Assembly (NCBI GenBank): GCA_965203355.1
Contig: OZ241889.1
Location: 2,304,001-2,368,000 of the forward strand
Reading direction: 5' to 3'
Source: Candidatus Latescibacterota bacterium
Lineage (GTDB): Bacteria; Latescibacterota; UBA2968; UBA8231
Length of the DNA: 64,000 nt
Shown here: piece by piece, positions 29,772-38,566 of the stretch
Position numbering within the stretch: the first letter of the stretch is position 1
Layout: each line of letters starts with the position of its first letter
Position numbers and translations under genes: made by a program
The notes under the pieces: generated by a model
Seen by the model: the letters and a program-made list of their open reading frames with translations, nothing else
Databases searched by the model: none
Told to the model about the DNA's origin: nothing

Positions 29772-32063
29772 TTAGCTGTCGTCGATCTCGCGGATCAAAG
29801 CGGCTAAGCGCCCTAGGCATACGGTGAGAAAAATCTCTTGGGCAACGGGCGACTCTTGCCGCACCGGGCTGTTGATGAAGCGGCCAATGGCGATGAGGAT
29901 TACGTACACCGAGAGCACATCGTATGCTTGGTCCCTAGTGGCAGAGAGTCCGTCGCGCACGGTGCGCACGACCTGCCGCATGGCCTCCACCAGTGCCTCG
30001 CCCTCTTCCTCTTCATAAGCGACGACCACCTCTTGGCACCGGGTCTTTAACTGCGTGCGAAACTCGGCGTTGACGCAGCGCGCTCGTCCCAAGGAGTCGG
30101 TTGCTCGGCGCAGCAGGCGGGTGATAGCGGCGACGCGGTCGGTATCCTCGCGCGAGAGCAAGCGGTAGAACTGGTCGCCAGCGCCTAATGCACGGCAGAC
30201 CCCGTTGAGTAGCTGCAAGCGCACGGCTAGGGAGGGGAAGTCGGGCAGATGGCCTAGCGCAGGTCTGACGATGCGGCGATCTTGGCACTCGCCGAGGACA
30301 TCGACCAGCGTCGGGAAGGTCAAGGGGTCAAAATCGCTGCCAAAGTGCCAGAAGAGCAACTCGTGGACTTCGTCCCCACGAATGCTGGCTAGGCCGCGGA
30401 TAGCGCTGATGCGCACCCGAGGATCGGCGTCGCTTAGCGCCTCGACTAGCGGATCGATGCTCGTAGAGGATCCAAGGCGGCCTAGGGCCTCGGCGGCTTC
30501 GCTGCGGATGTCCGAAGCCCCGTCGAGTAACTCGCGCACCAAGGGTTCGGTCGCGTTTTCCGACCGGCTTTCGCCCAAGGCGCGGGCGGCCGCACGGCGC
30601 ACCCGGGGGCTGGCGTCGGCTAGGGCTTGGACCAATTGCTCGATGGCGAGGGGGTTGCCCGAACGGCCTAGGGCCTCGGCGGCGCGGGCGCGGGTTTTCT
30701 CGGCCGTGGCTAGGCTGAAAATGGTGGTGTTGTAGGCGTAGCTGAGGACGTTGCCGCGCAGCATCCGCGAGAGCAGGCTACGCGATGTCGCACTCCGGGC
30801 GTCCTTGACGGTGCGGAGGATGAACAAGGGCACTAGCCGGATCGAGGCGCTGAGAGCAAAGATGACCTGCAAATCGCCCATGGGCACGCCAAACACGGTA
30901 AAGCGCAAGCCCTCTAATTGGGCGACGAGCAGGCCGCCCAACAAGGGGCCGAGCGCACCCATTAGATTGACCGTCACCGACCAAGTGGCCAAGTACATCG
31001 TGCGTTTTTCGCCTTGGGGCAACAGGCCGTAGAGCAGCGGGTTGATGCCTACGCCGATCCCGGAGAATAGAATTCCGCTGAGGACCAAGGCCACCGGTAC
31101 TAAGCGGTAATCCCCTGGCTGATTAAAGGCCCAGATAAAAGGCAGGAACACGGCCGGTGTCATCAGGATTTGCAGGACGGGCCTGGCCCCGAAGCGGTCG
31201 ATAAGCCCGGCCCAAGCCCGATAGCCGACGATGCTGGTCAGCATGAACAGGGCGTTGAAAATCGAGATCTCGGTGTAGGAGATCTGGAGGCGGTCGAGCA
31301 TGAAAACGCTGTAGAGCGGCCCGGCCAGCCCAATGCCAAAGGTCCATAGGCCAAAAAAGAGCACGGCGCGGCGGAAGTTGGCGTCGTAGAAGGGCTGCAC
31401 AAGGTCGCGCAAGCGCGTGCTTTGTTCGTCGCTGGCGGTCGTCTGTTGGGGAAAAGGGGCGCGGAGTAGGTTTAGATAGCCCAAGAATCCAAAGAGCGAC
31501 CCGACGGCAAAGACCCAGACAAAGCCGCCGCTGTCGGGGAAAAAGTCGAGGAATTGGCCAATCGCGAAACCAGCAATCATGGCCACTATGGTGCTGACTA
31601 TGGTCTGGCGGCTGGCAAAGCGCGCCCGGATATTTTCCGGCACCGCGTTGGCGATCCAAGTGCTGTAAAAGGGCGAGATCGCATAGCCGCTGAACAAACT
31701 GAGGCTGACCATCGCCACTAGGGCCGCGAGTCGGTATGGTTCCGGGACGAGGAGGGGGATGATCAGCGGCAGCCCGCGGAAGACGATTTCCACGTACCCA
31801 CCGAAGACGACAAAGCGCTTCTTGTCGCGGACGTGTGCGCTCAGTAGGGGCGCGAGCAGTTGGGTCAGGGCTAAGAAATACGCGGCGGAAGTAAAGAGGG
31901 CGATAAAGGCCCCGTCGGCCCCTAAGTACAGCGCAAAGCCCGTAAAGGCCGCCGTCCCCAACCCACAAGCTTGCCCCCAAGCGCCCCACAAGCCGCTGGC
32001 AACGACGAAGGAGCGGAGGGCGCGATGCACTTGGCCGCGCGAGAGCGAAGGCGCATTTTCCAT
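29772..32063 (-). CDS. MFS transporter fused to C-terminal HEAT-repeat domain
   Basis: About 12 TM helices with GLIDRFGARP motif A; then LADASPRVRRAAARALG and LSDADPRVRISAIRGL repeats. Confidence 0.82.
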   Translation of the reverse strand: MENAPSLSRGQVHRALRSFVVASGLWGAWGQACGLGTAAFTGFALYLGADGAFIALFTSAAYFLALTQLLAPLLSAHVRDKKRFVVFGGYVEIVFRGLPLIIPLLVPEPYRLAALVAMVSLSLFSGYAISPFYSTWIANAVPENIRARFASRQTIVSTIVAMIAGFAIGQFLDFFPDSGGFVWVFAVGSLFGFLGYLNLLRAPFPQQTTASDEQSTRLRDLVQPFYDANFRRAVLFFGLWTFGIGLAGPLYSVFMLDRLQISYTEISIFNALFMLTSIVGYRAWAGLIDRFGARPVLQILMTPAVFLPFIWAFNQPGDYRLVPVALVLSGILFSGIGVGINPLLYGLLPQGEKRTMYLATWSVTVNLMGALGPLLGGLLVAQLEGLRFTVFGVPMGDLQVIFALSASIRLVPLFILRTVKDARSATSRSLLSRMLRGNVLSYAYNTTIFSLATAEKTRARAAEALGRSGNPLAIEQLVQALADASPRVRRAAARALGESRSENATEPLVRELLDGASDIRSEAAEALGRLGSSTSIDPLVEALSDADPRVRISAIRGLASIRGDEVHELLFWHFGSDFDPLTFPTLVDVLGECQDRRIVRPALGHLPDFPSLAVRLQLLNGVCRALGAGDQFYRLLSREDTDRVAAITRLLRRATDSLGRARCVNAEFRTQLKTRCQEVVVAYEEEEGEALVEAMRQVVRTVRDGLSATRDQAYDVLSVYVILIAIGRFINSPVRQESPVAQEIFLTVCLGRLAALIREIDDS

Positions 32064-32148
32064 TAAAAAAATATCGTTGCGATGTCAGTAAAGGGCAACG
32101 AACTTTGTCCATAGGATTTTATTAAAACCACAACCAAGGAGGCGGATT

Positions 32149-32955
32149 ATGGCACTCAAGATGGGATACGCGACCCTGCGCTGGCGGCAGCCGGATTTGG
32201 CAAAGGCCCTGCCCGAACTCAAAAAGGCCGGTTGGGACGGCTGGGAGGGGCGGTTGCCGCTTGATTGGTTGGGGCCGCCGAAGCGGCTGAAGCAGGTGTG
32301 CGAGGACGCGGACTTGCCGCTGTGCGTGTTTACCGCGAGTGGCTCGCCCGAAAATAGCGATTGGGAGCATACCGAGCGCAACAAGCGCCGGATGGATTTC
32401 GCCGCGGAGATGGGCGTGGATTGCTTCATGTTTATGAGTGGTCGCAAGCCAGCGGGGCGGCCGGTGGAACGCGCCGATATCGAGCGGGCGGCCGAGGGGG
32501 CCGAGCAGTGGGCCGAGTACGCGGCCCAGTACGGGCTGGAGCTAAGCTACCACATCCACACCAACCTGCTGGTGGATTCGGCCGAGGACTGGCGGCTGTA
32601 CATGAGCTTGTTGGACAAGACGCGGCTGTGCATTGATGTCTCGCACGCCGAGTTGTGGGGCTGCGATCCGGTACAGTCGCTGACGGACTTTTGGCCCCAG
32701 CTCAACTACGTCCACCTACAGGACTATACGTCTTGTACCGTGCGTGCGCCGGGGGGCTACAATCCCGCCTGGGTTTCGGTCGGCGAAGGCGAGTGCCTCG
32801 ACTTTGCCGGGGTCCTCAACACGCTCGCCGAGCGGGGCTTTGACCGCTGGGTGACTAGCTGCCCGGGCGAGCCAGCCTACGAGGGCGAGGATGCAATCAG
32901 CGAGGCGCGGCGGAGTGCCGGGATGCGCCAGTATTTGCACAGGTTGGGGTACTAG
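32149..32955 (+). CDS. Sugar phosphate isomerase/epimerase (AP_endonuc_2 TIM barrel, IolE-like)
   Basis: GWDGWEG, YHIH, CIDVSH, YVHLQD, GEGECLDF; AAGGAGG SD. Confidence 0.8.
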   Translation: MALKMGYATLRWRQPDLAKALPELKKAGWDGWEGRLPLDWLGPPKRLKQVCEDADLPLCVFTASGSPENSDWEHTERNKRRMDFAAEMGVDCFMFMSGRKPAGRPVERADIERAAEGAEQWAEYAAQYGLELSYHIHTNLLVDSAEDWRLYMSLLDKTRLCIDVSHAELWGCDPVQSLTDFWPQLNYVHLQDYTSCTVRAPGGYNPAWVSVGEGECLDFAGVLNTLAERGFDRWVTSCPGEPAYEGEDAISEARRSAGMRQYLHRLGY

Positions 32956-33344
32956 TGAGCGACGCCACGCTGGCCCAACTCACCGCCCAAATCCGCGGCT
33001 TTGTGGAAGAGCGCGACTGGGCGCAATTTCACACGCCCAAGGACTTGGCGATTGGTCTTTCGACTGAAGCGGCCGAAGTCTTGGAGCACTTTCGCTTCCG
33101 CTCCGACCAAGAGATCGCCAAGTGCTTAGAAGGCGAATCCTTCCGGCGGGCCGTCGGCCACGAATTGGCCGACGCGCTGTACTTTGTCCTGCTTATGTGC
33201 GACCGCTTCGGTTTGGACGCCGCGCAAATGCTGGAGGAGAAACTGGCCATTTCGGCCCGGCGTTATCCAGTGGAAAAGGCCCGGGGCAAAAACCTCAAAT
33301 ACACCGCCTACCAAGTTCCTACAACGCGCGACGACATCCCGTAA
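32955..33344 (+). CDS. MazG-like nucleotide pyrophosphohydrolase (dCTPase-like)
   Basis: RDWAQFHTPKDL...EAAEVLE...ELAD...RYP. Confidence 0.88.
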   Translation: MSDATLAQLTAQIRGFVEERDWAQFHTPKDLAIGLSTEAAEVLEHFRFRSDQEIAKCLEGESFRRAVGHELADALYFVLLMCDRFGLDAAQMLEEKLAISARRYPVEKARGKNLKYTAYQVPTTRDDIP

Positions 33345-33387
33345 AGAAGCCGACGAAAAACCTACCGCTTTCGCCCGCTGCGGACGC

Positions 33388-34758
33388 TTACAACACCAAC
33401 TCGTCCGGTGGCTGGTAGTCGCTTTTGCGCGGATCCCAACGGGTGCCGCATTTGTCGCTAATGACCACCCATTCACCGGCACTGAGATTGCCTTGGTGGT
33501 GGTAGTTGAAGCGCCGCAGCCCCGCGGCCTCGGCGGCGTCGAGCAGCATCTTGAGGTCGCGCGCCGACATTGGATCGCCGTCGTGGGGAAAGCGACCGGT
33601 GTCGAGCCAGGGTACGATGCGCTCGGGGTCGTCAACCGCCGCGAGTGCCCGTCGCGTCTCCTGCGTTACCACCTCGGCGAAAAACGCTGGATTGAGGGCA
33701 CACTCGAAGTCGAGCGTGTCGTCGGTCACGCCCGGCAGGACGATGCCAAAGAGGGCCTGCACCACCTCGAGAGTATCGGCCACGCTGAGCCCCGGATTCC
33801 ACTCCAGAAGCGTCTGCGAATAGCGGTAGACCGTGCCGAGGAAGCCGTCGAAGCCGCGGTGAAAGAAGTAGTGCTTAGGCAGCAGGAAATCCATGAACTG
33901 GGCCAGATCTACGAAATCGTACCCGCACAAAGGCGCAAAGGCGGCTGAGCGCGGGCCGCATCCCAATCGCACTGGGCGCGCTAGCTCAGCGGCGACGCCG
34001 GCGCGGATGCGGCGAAAATAGCGAGTCAGCGAGTCGGCCCGGAACGACAACCAAGCCATCAGATCGGGGTCGGCTCCGAGCATGCGGTAGGCGCCGACTA
34101 GGCCGCCGCGGGCGTGTCCGCGGACGCGCCCCGGGTCGATATTGTGGAACAGGGACAGCAGCCTGTCTTTTGCGGCCACCATGGCCTCGTAGTCGTACCC
34201 CAGATCGGCGGCCATCGGCGCTACAGATTGCGGCAGGTCGTGGAAGAGGTAGGAGCGGTGATTCATGTGATGGGGGGCAATTTCGTACCCCCATTCCGGC
34301 CCGTCCATCACGGCACCGTCGGCCATCGGGAAGTGCTCTAGCGTATCGACCATGCGCGCCACCCGCGATGCCAGCGTCTTGTCGTCGTGTAGGTGGTGGC
34401 CCGGCCCGCCTGGACCAGCCCCACCGTCCGCGTACATACAGTAAACCTGCATCCCGCGGTCCTTGGCGGCGTTCATCGTCCTTTCTAACAAGGCCCTTTT
34501 TTGGGGCAGTTTGTGTTCGGGTGGTTGCGGTGGCTCGACCCCGAGTCGCTCGTACACAGCCGGGTTCGGATCGTACGCTTCCGCTACGAGGGCATCAGTG
34601 GGAGCGGATACGGCATCTTTCGCTAGTTTTGCCGTGCCGAAAACGAGTGGACCGAACACGACGCCGTCGACACCGCCCGCTGCCCAAGCATCGAATACGC
34701 GCTCGTGATCGTTCATTACGCGCTCGAGATCGCGCATTACATCCATCCAGAGCTTCAT
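33388..34758 (-). CDS. Hypothetical protein, possible glycoside-hydrolase-like TIM barrel
   Basis: AGGAGG SD; beta/alpha motifs VDGVVFG, DGAVMDGPEW, DFLLPKHY, FNYHH. Confidence 0.6.
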   Translation of the reverse strand: MKLWMDVMRDLERVMNDHERVFDAWAAGGVDGVVFGPLVFGTAKLAKDAVSAPTDALVAEAYDPNPAVYERLGVEPPQPPEHKLPQKRALLERTMNAAKDRGMQVYCMYADGGAGPGGPGHHLHDDKTLASRVARMVDTLEHFPMADGAVMDGPEWGYEIAPHHMNHRSYLFHDLPQSVAPMAADLGYDYEAMVAAKDRLLSLFHNIDPGRVRGHARGGLVGAYRMLGADPDLMAWLSFRADSLTRYFRRIRAGVAAELARPVRLGCGPRSAAFAPLCGYDFVDLAQFMDFLLPKHYFFHRGFDGFLGTVYRYSQTLLEWNPGLSVADTLEVVQALFGIVLPGVTDDTLDFECALNPAFFAEVVTQETRRALAAVDDPERIVPWLDTGRFPHDGDPMSARDLKMLLDAAEAAGLRRFNYHHQGNLSAGEWVVISDKCGTRWDPRKSDYQPPDELVL

Positions 34759-34914
34759 AGTCAACCTCCTCGTATCTTGTAGTGGGTAGGCGTAAAGCGG
34801 TGTGCCCTGTCGAAGGAGACGCGCAATCGGGGGGGCTTTCGGGGGGGCACGGATTGTAAGCGAGGGAAGAACGCGATGGCGCGGTTGTCCGCTTCAATGG
34901 CGATTTCCAGGGCC

Positions 34915-35871
34915 CTAGTACCCCTTCTTTTTGTCGATGATATTGAGCACGGGTTCACCCTTGAGGTAGCGCTCTAACTGGGCGCAAAAGAACTCGTAGA
35001 TCTTGCGCGGGCGGTGCTGTGAGGCCCCGGCCCGATGCGGGGTGAGGATGATGTTGGGTGCGTCCCACAACGGGGATTCGGGGGGCAACGGCTCGATTTC
35101 AGTAACGTCGATACCGGCTCCGGCGATCTGCCCGTCGTGCAGGGCCGCGCAGAGAGCGTCCTCGTCGATGATGCCGCCCCGCGTTACGTTGATCAGGTAG
35201 GCACTCTTTTTCATCCGCGCCAGTTCCTCGCGCCCGATGAGGTGGTACGTCTCCTTGGTGCGCGGACAGGCCATCATCACTACGTCGGCGCGACAGAGAA
35301 GGCTATGTAGGTTTTCGCGGGTGTTGTCTCGGAGCTCGGAAACGCCCGGCGGTGGCTCGCGGCGCACCGGATCAATGGCGATGATTGGCATGTCGTAGCC
35401 AGCGGCCCGTTTGGCCATTTCAAGCCCAAAGCCTCCCAGCCCCACCAGGCCCAAGGTCTGCCCGGTCAGCTCGACGGTGGCTCCACCTGCCCACTGGCGC
35501 TGATCGTTGTGGCGAATCGACTGATCGATGCCCCGGGTCAGGGCGAGGAGCAAGGCCCAAGCGTGTTCGCCGCCTTGGGGGGCGTACAGCCCGGCCACGT
35601 TGGAAATGGCGACTTCGTCGCGGGCGATGATGGCGGGGAAGAGGAATTTATCCATGCCAGTGCTAAAAGACTGAATCCAGCGTAGGTTGGGCGCGGCAGC
35701 ACAGACCGCGGGCGGGAAGTGGCCGACGATGACGTCGATTTCGCTGGCCACGGAGAGGGCTTCTTGTTCGTCGTTGGCCACAAAGACTTCGTGCCCGCCG
35801 TTTTCGCGGGCGATTTGGCGCAGGTGGTCGTGCTGTTCGTCGGTGAATGGGTAATGCACTAGGATCTTCAC
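34915..35871 (-). CDS. D-2-hydroxyacid dehydrogenase (NAD-dependent)
   Basis: GLVGLGGFG, INVTRG, DVTEIEP, LTPHRAG. Confidence 0.9.
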   Translation of the reverse strand: MKILVHYPFTDEQHDHLRQIARENGGHEVFVANDEQEALSVASEIDVIVGHFPPAVCAAAPNLRWIQSFSTGMDKFLFPAIIARDEVAISNVAGLYAPQGGEHAWALLLALTRGIDQSIRHNDQRQWAGGATVELTGQTLGLVGLGGFGLEMAKRAAGYDMPIIAIDPVRREPPPGVSELRDNTRENLHSLLCRADVVMMACPRTKETYHLIGREELARMKKSAYLINVTRGGIIDEDALCAALHDGQIAGAGIDVTEIEPLPPESPLWDAPNIILTPHRAGASQHRPRKIYEFFCAQLERYLKGEPVLNIIDKKKGY

Positions 35872-35884
35872 GCGGACCTCCAAA

Positions 35885-36886
35885 CTAGGTTGAGAAATGG
35901 GATAGGATAGGATCGATGCGATCGGCGAGCGATTGTGCTAGGCGCGGCCCGAAGCGGGTTACGACCTGCGCGGCCGCATAGCAGCCGAGGCGCGCCGCGT
36001 CTAAAGGGCTGTACCCGTAGGATAGCCCATAGAGTGCGCCACCGGCAAAGAGATCGCCCGCACCGTTGGTATCGATAGCTTGCACTGGGACGCCCGGCAC
36101 TTGGTGGTGGGTGCCGTCGGCATACACTAGGGCCCCATCGGCCCCGCACGTTACGTAGGCTGTGCCGACTTGGGCCGCGAGGGCTGCGCCGGCTACCTCG
36201 CGGTCGTCGGTCTCGGTACTGGTGAGGGCTTCCTCCTCATTGCAGAAGAGCAGATCTACGCCGTGTTGCAAGAGTGCGTCAAAGCGTGCCCGAAAGGCCC
36301 GGACGGCAGCGGGATCGCTCAGGGTCAAGGCAACGGTCGCGCCGTGGCGTTGGGCTATTTGTTGTGCTCGGCGTGCGGCGGCAAAGCCGTCGTCCGAGCT
36401 GAGGAGATAGCCTTCTATATAAACGAACTGGCTGTCGGCGATGACCTCCTCGTGGAGTTGGGCCGGGCCGATGGCGTTGCTGATGCCCAAGAAAGTGTTG
36501 AGGGTGCGGTCGGCGTCTGGAGTAACAAAAACCAAGCACTGGCCCGTCTTGCCCACGCCGCGGTTGGCCGGATGCGTAGCCACGCCGGCTGCTTCGAGGT
36601 CGCGCTGGTAAAAATCGCCCCAAGCGTCGCGGCCCGTCAGGCAAGCGTAATAGGTGCGGCCGCCATAGCAGGCGACGCCAATGAGGGTGTTGGCCGCCGA
36701 ACCGCCCGAAGCCGAGGCGACTGGCTCGCCAGCAACCGCCGTTGTGAGGTGGTGCTGCCTCGCCTCATCGACGAGGGTCATAACCCCTTTTTTAATTTGG
36801 TGTTCGGCGAGGAATTCCGGGGGGACTTGATATTGGATGTCCACTAGGGCGTGGCCAATTCCATAGACATCGTACGTGCGGGGCAT
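35885..36886 (-). CDS. PfkB-family adenosine/carbohydrate kinase
   Basis: GHALVD, GGSAANT, FCNEEE, DTNGAGDLF. The ATG at 36886 fits better than the longer ORF. Confidence 0.88.
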   Translation of the reverse strand: MPRTYDVYGIGHALVDIQYQVPPEFLAEHQIKKGVMTLVDEARQHHLTTAVAGEPVASASGGSAANTLIGVACYGGRTYYACLTGRDAWGDFYQRDLEAAGVATHPANRGVGKTGQCLVFVTPDADRTLNTFLGISNAIGPAQLHEEVIADSQFVYIEGYLLSSDDGFAAARRAQQIAQRHGATVALTLSDPAAVRAFRARFDALLQHGVDLLFCNEEEALTSTETDDREVAGAALAAQVGTAYVTCGADGALVYADGTHHQVPGVPVQAIDTNGAGDLFAGGALYGLSYGYSPLDAARLGCYAAAQVVTRFGPRLAQSLADRIDPILSHFST

Positions 36887-37042
36887 GGGCTTTCCTTTGA
36901 GTGGAAATAGACAAAATAACCCATTCGCTCGTGGCGGCCAAAAGGAAGGGCAAATCTTTGCTTGTTTTAATTCGCACTGAGAATATATTAAAAACTCTGC
37001 GGGAGACGCCCGCGCTTTCCACCCTTTAAGGAGGTTGATGCA

Positions 37043-37564
37043 ATCGCAGCAAAGAAAAAGAGTTTTACGAGAGTAAACGGTGATATTCGCGTGCCCCAAA
37101 TCCGGCTCATCGGGTCTGATGGGGGGCAGGTGGGGATCATCGAAACGGCCCGTGCCTTGGCCATGGCGGAGGAAGCCAATCTCGACTTAGTAGAAGTGGC
37201 CGCTGAAGCGCGCCCGCCGGTCTGCCGGATTATCGACTACGGCAAGTTCCGCTACGACCAAGAGAAAAAGGCCAAGGAAGCGCGCAAGAAGCAGCACAAC
37301 GTGCAGATGAAGGGCATTCGCATCGCCCAACCTACCATTTCCGAACACGACCTCGAATACCGGACGAGCCACATCCGCACGTTTATCGAAAAGGGGAACC
37401 GGGTCAAAGTCAGCGTCCGCTTCCGCGGGCGGCAGATGGCCTATCAGGACCGAGGCCGCGAGTTACTGCAAAATCTGGCCGGCAAGCTCAAGGATGTAGC
37501 TATCGTCGATCAGGCTCCCAAGATGGAAGGCCGCGAAATGTCGCTCATTCTCAGACCTCTCTGA
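37043..37564 (+). CDS. infC: Translation initiation factor IF-3 with non-canonical ATC start
   Basis: AAGGAGGT (37028-35) 7 nt before an in-frame ATC; extension adds RVNGDIR; LDLVEV...PPVCRIIDYGKFRY. Confidence 0.95.
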   Translation: MAAKKKSFTRVNGDIRVPQIRLIGSDGGQVGIIETARALAMAEEANLDLVEVAAEARPPVCRIIDYGKFRYDQEKKAKEARKKQHNVQMKGIRIAQPTISEHDLEYRTSHIRTFIEKGNRVKVSVRFRGRQMAYQDRGRELLQNLAGKLKDVAIVDQAPKMEGREMSLILRPL

Positions 37565-37586
37565 GGTTGGTCTGAACAGCGCAAGC

Positions 37587-37625
37587 AAAAAGGCCGATGT
37601 CCGCACTGTGGACGTCGGCCTTTTT
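37587..37625. terminator. Bidirectional intrinsic terminator
   Basis: AAAAAGGCCGATGTCC-GCACTGT-GGACGTCGGCCTTTTT between convergent genes. Confidence 0.85.
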
Positions 37626-37683
37626 GTTTGCGCGATGGACGCTTGGCACTAAGGGAGATAATCTCTTTCTTTAGGACGGTCGC

Positions 37684-38484
37684 TCAGGAGGCGACCAGCA
37701 CGTGTTCGGTAGTGCCATTGAGGCCGGCGATGACTGGGAAGGTCTTCGACTGCGGGCCATTGGCACCGGGCACGTAGTGCACGTGCGGTGAGAAATAGGC
37801 GTAGAGTGCGGTGTTGCGCGAGCGGTTGGTCTGGTTGGGGCCGGAACCGTGGACCAGCAAGCTGTGGAACAGCACAGCGGATCCGGCCGCGAGCGGCACG
37901 TCAATTTGGCGCGAGCTATCGATGTCTTCGCGGTTAGTCAGCGGGCCTCCTTGTTGTTGGGCGATGTGTCCCCATTCCTGTAAGCCCCAATGGTGGCTGC
38001 CGGGAATGATTTTGATGCAGCCGTTGTCTGGAGTGGCGTCGTCGAGGGCGATGCTTACAGTTGCGAGCGCGGGCGGCTCTATTGGCCAATAAGCCGAGTC
38101 TTGGTGCAGGGCGTGGGCTGAGCCGTGGAAGGCGGGTTTGAGCATGAGGGTGCTGCGGAAGAGCAGTAGGTCGTCTCCGAGGAGCGATTGCACGATGGCG
38201 ACTAAGTGGGGATGGGCCGCGAGTTGGGCAAAGCACGGCGACAGGGCGCGGGTGTTCTCGATTTTGCGCAGCACTGGCAGGCCGTTGCGGTTTTGGTCTT
38301 TAGAGAAAGGCTCGCGCTGAAAGTGGCGGCTGAGTGGGTCTTGGCTGGCCTCTAAGTCGGCGGCTAGTTGGTGCAGACGTTGGATATCGCGCTGGCATTC
38401 GGCGACTTCGCGGCTGTTGATCAGTTCGGGGACGATTAGGTAGCCCTGCTGCTCGAAAAAAGCGCGCTGCTCGTGGGGTTCCAT
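37684..38484 (-). CDS. PhyH-family Fe(II)/2-oxoglutarate dioxygenase
   Basis: LHQDSAYW, DDAT..NGC...PGSH, FHSLLVHGSGPN...R. Confidence 0.9.
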   Translation of the reverse strand: MEPHEQRAFFEQQGYLIVPELINSREVAECQRDIQRLHQLAADLEASQDPLSRHFQREPFSKDQNRNGLPVLRKIENTRALSPCFAQLAAHPHLVAIVQSLLGDDLLLFRSTLMLKPAFHGSAHALHQDSAYWPIEPPALATVSIALDDATPDNGCIKIIPGSHHWGLQEWGHIAQQQGGPLTNREDIDSSRQIDVPLAAGSAVLFHSLLVHGSGPNQTNRSRNTALYAYFSPHVHYVPGANGPQSKTFPVIAGLNGTTEHVLVAS

Positions 38485-38566
38485 GCGGCACTCCCGCTGT
38501 TGAGGTGATGACCCGCTAAGTGTACACGGGTCGCCGCCTGGATGTCAACTGATCCCTAGCGAACAC

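Noticed and set aside
32074-32101. TCGTTGC-N14-GCAACGA inverted repeat as an operator
   Set aside because: The 7-bp arms could be chance and no regulator gene is nearby.
36887-37099. N-terminal extension of the PfkB kinase ORF
   Set aside because: It crosses the divergent promoter region and the infC start; family similarity begins at ATG 36886.
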